Of a DNA stretch of 64,000 bases, positions 18,432-27,848 are shown in pieces. The notes below the pieces were generated by a model that had not been told where the DNA came from, did no database searches, and saw only the letters and a program-made list of their open reading frames with translations. This stretch comes from Vicinamibacteria bacterium (GTDB taxonomy: Bacteria > Acidobacteriota > Vicinamibacteria > Vicinamibacterales > JAMQPK01), in contig JANMJM010000127.1 of the NCBI GenBank assembly GCA_031371345.1, positions 133 to 64,132 on the forward strand. Reading direction: 5' to 3'. Made by a program: the position numbers and the translations under genes. Numbering within the stretch: position 1 is the stretch's first letter; every line of letters begins with the position of its first letter.

Positions 18432-20042
18432 TCAGTGCCTAAAGTGCCTTTTCCCCGTCAGCACCATCGCGATGCCGTGCTCGTCGGCGGCCGCAATCAC
18501 CTCTGAATCGCGAACCGATCCACCTGGCTGCACCACAGCTGTCGCGCCGGCGGCCGCGAGCGCGTCGAGGCCGTCGCGGAACGGAAAAAACGCATCCGAC
18601 GCAGCGACCGATCCGGCAAGGGGTGTTGCGCCATCTGTCTTTCCAGCCTTCAACACCGCCACCTGCACGGCGTCGACGCGGCTCATCTGCCCTGCGCCGA
18701 TGGCGAGCGTGCGCGACGCATCGGTAAAAATGACGGCGTTCGACTTCACGTGCGCGCAGATGCGCCACGCAAAGCGCAATGCGCTCCACTCTGCGTCGGT
18801 CGGCGGCCGTTTCGTCACGACTTTCAAGCCCGCGGCGTCGGCCGTCTTCGCGCTCCACGGCTCGCGCGCCTCGATCACCTCATCGCGCTGCTGCACGAGC
18901 ACGGCGCCGAGGATCGAGCGCAGCTCGCGACGGCTCGTCGGATCCGATCCTGGATGAAGGTCGGCGACGACAACCCGCATGTTGGCTTTGGCGGCGAGAA
19001 TCGGTCGCGCGTCCTCATGAACCGCGGGGGCAATCACGGCTTCGATAAACGTCGCGACGAGCACTCGCGCGGTCGCCGCATCGATCGGACGGTTCAGACC
19101 GATGATGCCGCCGAAGGCAGCGAGACTGTCGGCATCGCGCGCGCGGACGTACGCCTCATCGATGGTGGTGCCGATGGCCGCACCGCACGGATTGGTGTGC
19201 TTGATCACCGCTGCGGCCGGCTCGGTGAACTCGAGCGCGATGCGGGCCGCCGAGTCGAGGTCGAGCAGGTTGGTGAACGACAGTTCTTTCCCCTGAAGCA
19301 CGAGCGCCGCGCCGAGTCCGGACGGCGGGTCGTTTGAATACCAGCCCGCCTGCTGGTGCGGATTTTCGCCGTACCGCAACTCTTTGATCTTGTGCAGATT
19401 GATCGACAGCCGCGACGGCGTGACCGAGAGCCCCTTCGCTCTCGAGTAGCCGCTCGCCGAGGTCGAGAATTCCATGAGCGTGCCGGCGATCGCTGCATCG
19501 TAGGCCGCGGTATGCGCGAAGGCTTTGCGCGCCAGGTCGAAGCGGAACTCGCGCGAAGGCCCATCCGCGCGCTCGAGCTCGGCGAGGACGTGCGCATAGT
19601 CGCCCGGATCGACGACGACGAGCACATCCTGGAAATTCTTCGCGGCCGAGCGCACCATGCTGGGTCCGCCGATGTCGATTTCCTCGACAAGCGCGTCAAA
19701 CGCGATGTCGGGTCGCGCGGCGGCCTTCACGAACGGGTACAGATTGACGATCACGATGTCGATCGGCGTCATCCGGTGCTGCGCGAGAGTAGCGATGTCG
19801 TCCGGCCGGCCGCGCCGCGCCAGAATGCCGCCGTGCACCGCCGGATGCAACGTCTTCACTCGTCCGTCCATGATTTCGGGAAATCCGGTCACGTCGGCGA
19901 TCGAGGTCACCGTGACGCCGCCGGCGCCGAGGGCCTTGGCGGTCCCGCCGGTGGACACGAGCTCGTAGCCCCGAGCGGCCAGCGCCAGGGCGAAGGGCAC
20001 GAGGCCCGTTTTATCCGAAACGCTGATTAATGCTCTAGCCAT
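18432..20042 (-). CDS. purH: Bifunctional AICAR transformylase / IMP cyclohydrolase
   Basis: The ORF runs 18432..20081. The conserved start MARALISVSDKTG is at ATG 20042, and similarity is full-length (HFRH C-terminus). Confidence 0.95.
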   Translation of the reverse strand: MARALISVSDKTGLVPFALALAARGYELVSTGGTAKALGAGGVTVTSIADVTGFPEIMDGRVKTLHPAVHGGILARRGRPDDIATLAQHRMTPIDIVIVNLYPFVKAAARPDIAFDALVEEIDIGGPSMVRSAAKNFQDVLVVVDPGDYAHVLAELERADGPSREFRFDLARKAFAHTAAYDAAIAGTLMEFSTSASGYSRAKGLSVTPSRLSINLHKIKELRYGENPHQQAGWYSNDPPSGLGAALVLQGKELSFTNLLDLDSAARIALEFTEPAAAVIKHTNPCGAAIGTTIDEAYVRARDADSLAAFGGIIGLNRPIDAATARVLVATFIEAVIAPAVHEDARPILAAKANMRVVVADLHPGSDPTSRRELRSILGAVLVQQRDEVIEAREPWSAKTADAAGLKVVTKRPPTDAEWSALRFAWRICAHVKSNAVIFTDASRTLAIGAGQMSRVDAVQVAVLKAGKTDGATPLAGSVAASDAFFPFRDGLDALAAAGATAVVQPGGSVRDSEVIAAADEHGIAMVLTGKRHFRH

Positions 20043-20063
20043 AAAGCTTGGAGGCCCACGGAG

Positions 20064-20092
20064 TTGACGCGCCGGTAACAAGTCACTATTAT
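20064..20092 (+). promoter_or_regulatory. Sigma70-type promoter candidate for the csp leader
   Basis: TTGACG (20064-20069), a 17-nt spacer, then TATTAT (20087-20092). It lies in the purH/csp divergent region. Confidence 0.55.
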
Positions 20093-20129
20093 TTTCGCGG
20101 CGCTTGCGAGGATAGCGCCGTCAACGGAA

Positions 20130-20155
20130 GGCCGCACCGTTGCGGTCTTTTTTTT
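20130..20155 (+). terminator. Intrinsic-terminator-like hairpin inside the csp 5' leader
   Basis: GGCCGCA ccgt TGCGGTC followed by T8 (20148-20155), 49 nt upstream of the csp ATG. An alternative AACGG (20123-27) / CCGTT (20137-41) pairing competes with it. Confidence 0.6.
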
Positions 20156-20203
20156 GGGAACTCGCGGTCCCTCGCACCGCACGTAAGGTAAGGACAAGGA
20201 ACG

Positions 20204-20407
20204 ATGCGTATCACAGGCAAGGTCAAGTGGTTCAACAACGCCAAGGGTTACGGTTTCATCGAGCGCGAAGGCGGCAGCGATGTCTTCGTGCACTACTCGG
20301 CCATTCAGGGCGCCGGCTTCCGGTCCCTCGAAGAGGGCCAGGCAGTCGAGTTTGAAATCGTAGATGGCCCGAAAGGACCACAAGCCGGCAACGTCACCAA
20401 GGCTTAG
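20204..20407 (+). CDS. Cold-shock protein (CspA family)
   Basis: 67 aa: [35 protein letters not shown], containing the RNP1 and RNP2 motifs. Confidence 0.96.
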   Translation: MRITGKVKWFNNAKGYGFIEREGGSDVFVHYSAIQGAGFRSLEEGQAVEFEIVDGPKGPQAGNVTKA

Positions 20408-20417
20408 GCCGCAATCC

Positions 20418-20454
20418 CGCCTCGTCTTCCTGCCCTTGGCGGGGAGACGAGGCG
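20418..20454. terminator. GC-rich hairpin between convergent csp and the 194-aa gene
   Basis: CGCCTCGTCT (20418-27) is perfectly complementary to AGACGAGGCG (20445-54). The flank is T-rich. Confidence 0.6.
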
Positions 20455-20465
20455 ACCTTGCTTTC

Positions 20466-21050
20466 TCACTTCGAACCTTTTAGTCCTCTCGCCGTAAAAT
20501 TCAGCTTCCCGTCCTTCACGGCGACACGGAACGCGACTTCCGGCACGCCGTCTTTCTTCAACTTCGCCACCTGGCCCTTCACCAGCTCGGCAAACTTGTG
20601 GAACGGCACGTTCTCCTCGCCCATCTCCGATCGCGCGTCGCGCAGCGTCGCGTAGAGGTCGTGGAGCTTGTCCATCTCCTTCATCGGATCTTTGAATGCG
20701 GTGACGAACAGAATTTTGTCCGCAGGCCTTGCCGGCTTCGCGGGCTTTTTCGTCTCGATCTGCCGCTGGAATGGTCCCGGGCGCCCTTCTTCACGCGCAC
20801 GGAGACCGCGATCCCACAGATCGACGAATGCGGCAAACCGCGACTGCAGCGACGTGAAGCGGTACCGGTCGCCGAAGTTCTTGATGTAGCTGCGATCGAG
20901 CCGCTTCATTGACGCTTCGACGCGCGACCGCGTTTCCCATGGCGGGCGCGGGAGCCGGCCGGCGAAATACATGTTGTATTCGCCTTCGAGCTTCCGAAGG
21001 TCGCTTTCGAGGAGCTGGAGATCGCGATCGAGCTCGGAGGTCTCGGCCAC
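20466..21050 (-). CDS. Conserved hypothetical protein
   Basis: 194 aa: MAETSELDRDLQLLESDLRKLEGEYNMYFAGRLPRPPWETRSRVEASMKRL... It has protein-like composition, and its start abuts the stop of the upstream gene. I do not recognise a function. Confidence 0.65.
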   Translation of the reverse strand: MAETSELDRDLQLLESDLRKLEGEYNMYFAGRLPRPPWETRSRVEASMKRLDRSYIKNFGDRYRFTSLQSRFAAFVDLWDRGLRAREEGRPGPFQRQIETKKPAKPARPADKILFVTAFKDPMKEMDKLHDLYATLRDARSEMGEENVPFHKFAELVKGQVAKLKKDGVPEVAFRVAVKDGKLNFTARGLKGSK

Positions 21051-21593
21051 TTACCGGGGTATGAGAAACCAAATGAGGGGCAACCACAGCTCGCGTGCGT
21101 AGGGCACCGGCCGATCGTCCACAAGAATTTCTGTCGCGTCGAATCGCCCGACAATTTCAAACAGATCGCGCAGCTTTACCGCCTCGGCGGGCCAGAAGCG
21201 TGCGCGATGACGAAACGAACCGCCGCTGCCCGTCTCGCGGTATTCGCTCGACGCCTTCGCCAGCTCGAGCGCGCGGCCGTAGTCGGCCGAATCGAGCACA
21301 GGAAACGCCACGGTGATCGACAGCGGCCGTGGCGGCGCGCCGAACAACTCGGCGTGCAGATCGGGATCGAGCGCCGCGATTTCTTCGTCGCTGAGCTGCT
21401 CTGGCAGATCGGCGTACGGCCAGAACCGCTCGCGCGGCCGGTAGCGCGGCGTCTCACCCATCAGCGTCGTCTGATCTTTTGGCGGAACGGACATTGGCAT
21501 CGTCGATCGTCCAGCATCGTGGTCGGTTCGATCGTCAGAGGAATGGTATCCTGAGGATGCAGTCACCGCAACTATCCGCCTTCGTTTGTTCAC
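21051..21593 (-). CDS. Hypothetical protein
   Basis: 180-aa ORF (the start may be MPMSVPP near 21500): ...RFWPYADLPEQLSDEEIAALDPDLHAELFG... There is zero gap to the downstream gene. Confidence 0.55.
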   Translation of the reverse strand: MNKRRRIVAVTASSGYHSSDDRTDHDAGRSTMPMSVPPKDQTTLMGETPRYRPRERFWPYADLPEQLSDEEIAALDPDLHAELFGAPPRPLSITVAFPVLDSADYGRALELAKASSEYRETGSGGSFRHRARFWPAEAVKLRDLFEIVGRFDATEILVDDRPVPYARELWLPLIWFLIPR

Positions 21594-21663
21594 GGAAATT
21601 CAGCAACAAACTCTGGCGGACCGGCCGCAGCGCCGCGCGAAGGCGGGCAGAAATGTGATCCTG

Positions 21664-22041
21664 ATGCGCTATTTAGTGACAGCCAAAGTGAAGCCGGGTC
21701 GCGAGAAGGCGCTCGCGCAAGCGATCGAAGACGGCACGCTGGGTGCAGGGTCGATCGCCGGCGGGGAGTATCGCCGCAACATGGAATGCGCACGCCTGGT
21801 GCGCGACGGGGCCGTTCAGTGGGTTGAAGTCTGCTACTGTTCGACGCCGCTCGCAGAAGAACGTCCGTACTGGGAGGCGTATTTCGATGTGGTGAAGGTG
21901 CAGGACGCGCACGCGCGCGATCGCTGTAAGGATTTGAACGGCACCGATCCCTGGGCCTGTTCCGATTGTGACTGCACGGAAAAACTCGAAGCCCGCCTCA
22001 CGACCTGGGGGCCGCTCTTCCTCGACACGTTGGTTGGTTAG
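21664..22041 (+). CDS. Hypothetical Cys-rich protein
   Basis: The ORF runs 21586..22041, and the likely start is MRYLVTAKVKPGREKAL at 21664. It contains CYC and CSDCDC clusters. Confidence 0.55.
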   Translation: MRYLVTAKVKPGREKALAQAIEDGTLGAGSIAGGEYRRNMECARLVRDGAVQWVEVCYCSTPLAEERPYWEAYFDVVKVQDAHARDRCKDLNGTDPWACSDCDCTEKLEARLTTWGPLFLDTLVG

Positions 22042-22100
22042 TTGTTGGTTGGTTAGTTGTTAGTCGCTCGTTGAGCTCACGAACAGCCAACAACTAACAA
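22031..22100. repeat. Hairpin of TTAGTTGTTGG words between convergent genes
   Basis: ggttagttgttggttggttagttgttag ... ccaacaactaacaa. 22035-22048 pairs with 22087-22100 (1 mismatch). The 13-mer ttagttgttggtt recurs at 39706-39718. Confidence 0.7.
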
Positions 22101-22112
22101 ATGCGTTGAACG

Positions 22113-23552
22113 TTACAACAGCGCGGAGATCGATTTGATCGCCAGATCCATCAGGCGCGTCGGCAGGATGCCAAGATAGAAGATCGCAATCGTGGGGACG
22201 CCGAGCGCGAAGAGCGAGGCGGGCGACGGCTTCGTTACGGGCGACAGCGCAATGTCGTCCGACATGTACATCATCACCACGACCCGCAGATAGAAAAACA
22301 CGGAGACGACGCTCGTCAGCACGCCGATAATCGCGAGGCCGTAGTCGCCCGCCGTCACCGCCGCGCTGAAGAGATACCACTTGCCGATGAACCCGGCCGT
22401 CGGCGGAAAGCCGCCGAGAGACAGCAGGAAAATCGTCATCAGCAGCGCGAGCATCGGCTGCCGCTCGGAAAGGCCGGCATAGTCGGCGAGATCGTCGTTC
22501 TGTCGATCGCGCGTGGCGATGAGCGCGGTGACACCGAACGCCCCGACGCTCGTCAGCGCGTATGTGAGCAGATAGAACAACATCGCGCCCTTGCCGATGT
22601 CGTTGCCAGATGTCATCGCCATCAGCAGGTAGCCGGCGTGCGCGATGCTCGAGTAGGCAAGCATCCGCCGGACGTTGCGCTGGACGACGCCGGCCGTGAC
22701 GCCGAGAATCATCGACGCAGCCGACAACACCCACACGACCGGACCCCACTGGGGTTGAAAGCTGCCGAAGGCCGACATGAACACGCGCATGAACGCCGCG
22801 AACGCCGCGGCCTTCACGCCCGCCGACATGAACGCCGTGACGACGGCCGGAGCGCCCTGATACGCGTCGGGCGTCCACATGTGAAACGGCACGGCTGAGA
22901 CTTTGAACGCAAACCCCACGAGCAGCAGCCCGAGGGCGAGGTACGTGAGCACGTCCTGACCCGCCAGGCGGCCGGACATCACGACCACGATCTGATCCAG
23001 CCGCGTCGTCCCGGTCACGCCGAACGTGAACGCGACCCCGTAGAGGAAGAACGCGCTCGCGAACCCGCCGAGCAGAAAATATTTGAAGGCGGCCTCTGCG
23101 CCTTCTTTCGATTCGCGCCGGATGGCCGTCAGGATGTACACGGCAAGCGACAGGATTTCGAGCGCGATGAAAATCACCAGCAGATCGTTCGCCATCGCCA
23201 TCAGCATCATGCCGCCGAGGCCGAACAGCGTGAGCGCGTAATAGTCGCCGGCCGGAATGCCGTCGCGCTCGATCACCTGCGCTGAAAGCGCGATCGTGAG
23301 CACGCCGACGGTGGCGAGAATGAGCACGACGAAGAGGCCGAAGTTGTCTGCCGAAACGACGCCGTAGCTCTGCGCGCCTCTTCCCCACAACAACAGCGCG
23401 GACACGATCGACGCGGCGAGCCCGATGATGCCGAGTCCGCCGATCGGCATACGCTCGTCCGGCGAACGATATGCTTCCGCGAGCATCGCCGCGAGGCCGC
23501 CGAGCCAGACGCACACGATGGGAATGACGGCGGCAAAGCTTCGCATCATCAT
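22113..23552 (-). CDS. nuoN: NADH-quinone oxidoreductase subunit N
   Basis: The ORF runs 22113..23840. The membrane protein starts at the ATGATGATG run (23552), overlapping the nuoM TGA. It has a typical NuoN hydrophobic profile. Confidence 0.9.
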   Translation of the reverse strand: MMMRSFAAVIPIVCVWLGGLAAMLAEAYRSPDERMPIGGLGIIGLAASIVSALLLWGRGAQSYGVVSADNFGLFVVLILATVGVLTIALSAQVIERDGIPAGDYYALTLFGLGGMMLMAMANDLLVIFIALEILSLAVYILTAIRRESKEGAEAAFKYFLLGGFASAFFLYGVAFTFGVTGTTRLDQIVVVMSGRLAGQDVLTYLALGLLLVGFAFKVSAVPFHMWTPDAYQGAPAVVTAFMSAGVKAAAFAAFMRVFMSAFGSFQPQWGPVVWVLSAASMILGVTAGVVQRNVRRMLAYSSIAHAGYLLMAMTSGNDIGKGAMLFYLLTYALTSVGAFGVTALIATRDRQNDDLADYAGLSERQPMLALLMTIFLLSLGGFPPTAGFIGKWYLFSAAVTAGDYGLAIIGVLTSVVSVFFYLRVVVMMYMSDDIALSPVTKPSPASLFALGVPTIAIFYLGILPTRLMDLAIKSISALL

Positions 23553-25081
23553 CGGCCGAGATTCCTTACCTGCTGTCCCTGGGTACGATGAATCTGTTCG
23601 ACGAGGCGCGTCACGGCCGGCTCGATCGGTTTCAGAAACCACATGGGGGCGACGCCCATCACGATGCACATCGCCACCGCCGGCCAGAGCGTCCACCGCT
23701 CGCGCCGCGTCAGGTCTGGCAAGTGCGCGTTTTCCTCGTTCGTCACCGGACCGTAGTTCACACGCTGGAACATCCACAGCATGTAGACCGCCGACAGAAG
23801 CACACCAACCGCGGCGACGGCCGCATAGCGTGGATCCCATCGGAACGCGCCGACCAGAATCAGCAGTTCACCGACGAAGCCGTTCAGTCCAGGTAATCCA
23901 ATTGACGCGAGTGTGACGATCAAAAACGCCGTCGTCAGCTTCGGCAGCACCTTTTTCAAACCGCCGAACTCGGCAATCAACCGCGTGTGACGTCGATCCG
24001 ACAACATGCCGACGATGAGGAAGAGTGCCCCTGTGCTGACGCCATGATTCAGCATTTGATACACGGCGCCCTGCATACCCTGCACGTTCGTTGCAGAAAT
24101 CCCGAGCGCGACGAAGCCGAGATGGCTGACGCTCGAATAAGCAACGAGCTTTTTGAGATCCGGCTGAACCATGGCGACGAGCGCCCCGTAAATAATGCCG
24201 ATCACCGCCAGCCCGCCAAGATATGGAGCGAAATACAAGGCCGCATCGGGGAACAACGGGAAGGCAAAGCGGATCAGGCCGTACGTCCCCATCTTCAAGA
24301 GCACGCCCGCGAGAATGACCGAGCCGGCCGTCGGCGCCTGGACGTGCGCGTCGGGCAGCCAGGTGTGAAACGGAAATAGCGGAACTTTGATCGCAAACGC
24401 GATGGCAAACGCGAGGAAGCCCCAGAACTGCAGCCAGCCCGGAAGCGGCAACTGGTAGAGCTTCAGCAGATTGAAACTGGGCGTGCCTGTGACGGCGCCA
24501 TGGTAATAAGCCAGCGCCAGAATGGCGACCAGCATCAGCACGCTGCCCGCCATCGTATAAAGGATGAACTTGATCGCGGCGTAGACGCGGCGGTCGTACC
24601 CCCAGATGCCGATGAGGAAATACATCGGAATCAACATCGCGTCCCAGAAGATGTAAAACAGGAACAGATCGAGCGAGATGAACACGCCGATCATCGCGCT
24701 CTCGAGTGCGAGCACGACGAGCGCAAACCCCTTCACCCGCTGGTGGACCGATTCCCACGACGACAACAGCGCCAGCGGCGTCAGAAATCCGGTGAGCACG
24801 ACGAGAAACAGGCTGATGCCGTCGATGCCCACGAAATAATCGATGCCGAACGCGGGAATCCACGCGTGTCTCTCGACGAACTGGAAATCGGCAGATGGGG
24901 CGTCGAAGCGGGCCCACAGCAACAGGGTGAACGCGAACTCCACGACGGAGACACCAAGCGCCATCTGCCGGATGAGCTCTTCGCGACGACCGCTGGTGAA
25001 CGCGATGATCGCGAGGCCCGCGATGGGGACGAGCACGAGAAGACTCAGCAGCGGCAATTTATCTCCACAGGTAGTACCCAA
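23549..25081 (-). CDS. nuoM: NADH-quinone oxidoreductase subunit M
   Basis: 510-aa antiporter-like subunit (WLPDAHVQAPTAGSVILAGVLLKMGTYG). Confidence 0.93.
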   Translation of the reverse strand: MGTTCGDKLPLLSLLVLVPIAGLAIIAFTSGRREELIRQMALGVSVVEFAFTLLLWARFDAPSADFQFVERHAWIPAFGIDYFVGIDGISLFLVVLTGFLTPLALLSSWESVHQRVKGFALVVLALESAMIGVFISLDLFLFYIFWDAMLIPMYFLIGIWGYDRRVYAAIKFILYTMAGSVLMLVAILALAYYHGAVTGTPSFNLLKLYQLPLPGWLQFWGFLAFAIAFAIKVPLFPFHTWLPDAHVQAPTAGSVILAGVLLKMGTYGLIRFAFPLFPDAALYFAPYLGGLAVIGIIYGALVAMVQPDLKKLVAYSSVSHLGFVALGISATNVQGMQGAVYQMLNHGVSTGALFLIVGMLSDRRHTRLIAEFGGLKKVLPKLTTAFLIVTLASIGLPGLNGFVGELLILVGAFRWDPRYAAVAAVGVLLSAVYMLWMFQRVNYGPVTNEENAHLPDLTRRERWTLWPAVAMCIVMGVAPMWFLKPIEPAVTRLVEQIHRTQGQQVRNLGR

Positions 25082-26996
25082 CCATGAGCACGGCTCCTAA
25101 CAGGATGGACAGCGCGTAGGCCCGCACCGAACCGGTCTGTATGTGGCGCACGACCGCACCCGTCTCGGCGACGATCGTGGCGGTACCGTTGACGGCGCCG
25201 TCGATGACGGTGGCGTCGAGCCCTTTCCACAGCACGTTTTCGGACAGCGTCTTGATAGGCTGGACGAAGACTTCGTTATAGACCTCGTCGACATAACCTT
25301 TGTTGACGAGGAATCGATACACGCCTGGAAAGCCTGCCGCGAGTCGCTCGGGGATTTCTGGACGTTTCAAATAGAAGCGTGCGGCGATCGCGATGCCCGC
25401 AAGCGCAAGGATCGACGACACCACGATGAGGGTGATCTCGAGCGAGTGACTCGCCGCCGAAGCCGCCGCTTCCCCGCCGGCCGCGCCTTCGAACGCCGGC
25501 GGCATGAAGCTCGGTTCGAGGAAATGCTCGATCCAGTTGCTGCCACCCACCACCTCGGGCACGCCGACGTACCCTGCCAGAATCGAGCCGAGGGCGAGCA
25601 CGGCAAGCGGAATGGCCATCGCGCGCGGCGCATCGTGCAGATGCGTATCGTGGTGCGCCGCTGTGCGCCGAGTTCCGTGGAACGCGAGGAACACGAGACG
25701 GAACATGTAGACCGCCGTCATCAACGACGTGATCGCGCCAATCAACCAGAGCCACGTGTGGCCGCTCGCGAACGTGCGATAAAGAATTTCGTCTTTGCTG
25801 AAAAATCCCGCCAGACCTGGAACGCCGGCGATCGCGAGCGAGCCGATGAGGAACGTCCAGTACGTCATCGGCAACTCGCGCCGCAGTCCGCCCATATTTC
25901 GAAGGTCCTGCTCTCCGGCGAGCGCGTGAATGACCGCGCCGGCGCCAAGGAACAGCAGCGCCTTGAAGAACGCGTGGGTGAACAGGTGGAAGATGCCCGC
26001 GGCGTACGCGCCGACGCCCATGGCGAGGAACATGTACCCGAGTTGCGACACCGTGGAATAGGCAAGCACTCGCTTGATGTCGTTCTGCACGAGGCCGAAC
26101 GCACCGGCCCAGATGGCTGTTGCCGCGCCGATCACGGCGACGATGATGAGCACTTCCGGTGCGTGGCTGAACAGCACGGCGTTGCGGCCGATCAAATACA
26201 CGCCCGCCGTCACCATTGTCGCCGCGTGTATGAGCGCCGACACGGGCGTCGGCCCTTCCATCGCGTCCGGCAACCAGATATAGAGTGGAATCTGCGCCGA
26301 TTTTCCGGTTGCCCCAATGAACAACAGCAACGCCATCAACGACACGGTGCCGAATGACGCCTCGGGAGCGAGCGGTCCCAGCGCGGCGGCAATTCTCTGA
26401 AAGTCGAGCGTGCCGAATCTCACGAAGGCGAGCAGCACACCGAGGATGAACGCCACGTCTCCGATGCGATTGACGATGAAGGCCTTCTTGCCGGCATCGG
26501 CGGCCGACGGTTTCTGATACCAGAATCCAATGAGCAGATACGAGCACAGCCCCACGCCTTCCCATCCGACAAACAAGATCAGAAAGTTGGCGCCGAGCAC
26601 GAGCACGAGCATGAAAAACGCGAACAGGTTCAGATAGGAGAAATATCGCGCGTATTCCGACGCCGGCTCGTCGTGCATGTACGCGGTCGAATAGACGTGG
26701 ATGAGGAATCCGATGCCTGTGACGACCAGAATCATCAGCGCCGAGAGCGGATCGAGCCGCAGCGTCAGTGGAACTTGGAAGTCGCCCGATGCAATCCAGG
26801 TAAATACCGTCTGCATCAACTCACGGCTATCAGGCGCGCGTCCGATGAGCGCAACGACCTCGACCACCGACACACCGAACGCGGCCAGCATGGCCAGCGA
26901 TGCGACGGCGCCGGATATTTCCTTCGGCACGCGTTTGCCGGCGAACGTGTTGATCAGAAATCCGATCAGCGGGAGCAGCGGAATCCAGATGAGCAT
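25059..26996 (-). CDS. nuoL: NADH-quinone oxidoreductase subunit L
   Basis: 645 aa: WLPDAMEGPTPVSALIHAATMVTAGVY, plus the long C-terminal lateral-helix region. Confidence 0.94.
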   Translation of the reverse strand: MLIWIPLLPLIGFLINTFAGKRVPKEISGAVASLAMLAAFGVSVVEVVALIGRAPDSRELMQTVFTWIASGDFQVPLTLRLDPLSALMILVVTGIGFLIHVYSTAYMHDEPASEYARYFSYLNLFAFFMLVLVLGANFLILFVGWEGVGLCSYLLIGFWYQKPSAADAGKKAFIVNRIGDVAFILGVLLAFVRFGTLDFQRIAAALGPLAPEASFGTVSLMALLLFIGATGKSAQIPLYIWLPDAMEGPTPVSALIHAATMVTAGVYLIGRNAVLFSHAPEVLIIVAVIGAATAIWAGAFGLVQNDIKRVLAYSTVSQLGYMFLAMGVGAYAAGIFHLFTHAFFKALLFLGAGAVIHALAGEQDLRNMGGLRRELPMTYWTFLIGSLAIAGVPGLAGFFSKDEILYRTFASGHTWLWLIGAITSLMTAVYMFRLVFLAFHGTRRTAAHHDTHLHDAPRAMAIPLAVLALGSILAGYVGVPEVVGGSNWIEHFLEPSFMPPAFEGAAGGEAAASAASHSLEITLIVVSSILALAGIAIAARFYLKRPEIPERLAAGFPGVYRFLVNKGYVDEVYNEVFVQPIKTLSENVLWKGLDATVIDGAVNGTATIVAETGAVVRHIQTGSVRAYALSILLGAVLMVGYYLWR

Positions 26997-27003
26997 AGGT
27001 CCG

Positions 27004-27306
27004 CTACCCTTTCAACTGCCGGAACGCGTCGGGGTTGAGGGTTTCCATATGGCGGAACAGCGTAATCACCAGCGCGAGGCCCACTGCGGCCTCGGCGGCC
27101 GCCACCGTCACCACAAAAAAGACGATGATCTGCCCGTCGGCAGAGCCGAGGAAATGGCCGAAGGCGATGAAGGTCAGGTTCACGGCGTTCAGCATCACCT
27201 CGATCGACAGCAGGATGGTGATGAGGTTGCGTCGCAGAAACACGCCGGCGATGCCGATCGTGAACAGAACGCCGGAGAGAATCAGATAATGATTCAGCCC
27301 CGCCAT
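27004..27306 (-). CDS. nuoK: NADH-quinone oxidoreductase subunit K
   Basis: 100 aa starting at internal ATG 27306: [44 protein letters not shown]. Confidence 0.92.
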   Translation of the reverse strand: MAGLNHYLILSGVLFTIGIAGVFLRRNLITILLSIEVMLNAVNLTFIAFGHFLGSADGQIIVFFVVTVAAAEAAVGLALVITLFRHMETLNPDAFRQLKG

Positions 27307-27848
27307 GGTTTCTTCTCTGGCAAATGCCGTCCGGCCAGCGCGATGGAGCCGATCATGGCGATCAGAATCAGGACCGACGTCGCTTCGAACGCAAACGCGT
27401 AGTTGGTGAAGAGAATTTTTCCAATTTCGGCAACCGACCAGGCCGTTTCGCGCTCCCCCGTGGCCGGCGCTGCGGCAATGCCTCTCGATCGATTCAGCGC
27501 CCACGCCAGCTCGAGCGCCATCGCGACGGCGAGCAGTGCGCCGAACCATCGTGCGGTCGCCGTACCGCCATCGGACGCCGCTTCCGCCTCGGCGACGGCG
27601 CCTTCCCGCGCGACGTTCAGCAGCATGACGACAAAGAGGAATAACACCATGATGGCGCCTGCATACACGATGATCTGCGTCACCGCGACGAACGGCGCGT
27701 CGAGCATCACGTAAAGTCCGGCGAGTGCCACGAACGAGCAGATCAACAGAAGGACGCTGTAGATGGGATTCGGCTGCGCGATCACGAGCAGCGTAGACAC
27801 GACCGCCATCGCCGCGAACGCGTAGAAGAAGATCAAGTTATGCGCCAA
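27294..27848 (-). CDS. nuoJ: NADH-quinone oxidoreductase subunit J
   Basis: 184 aa: [35 protein letters not shown]. Its start overlaps the nuoH stop by 11 nt. Confidence 0.9.
   Translation of the reverse strand: MAHNLIFFYAFAAMAVVSTLLVIAQPNPIYSVLLLICSFVALAGLYVMLDAPFVAVTQIIVYAGAIMVLFLFVVMLLNVAREGAVAEAEAASDGGTATARWFGALLAVAMALELAWALNRSRGIAAAPATGERETAWSVAEIGKILFTNYAFAFEATSVLILIAMIGSIALAGRHLPEKKPWRG

Noticed and set aside
22060-26565. Long alternative-frame ORFs across nuoN, nuoM and nuoL (22060..23514, 23868..24917, 25276..26565, 25143..26357)
   Set aside because: They overlap strongly conserved complex I membrane subunits. Their translations are Arg/Gly/His-rich with no recognisable motifs, so they are GC-driven open frames.
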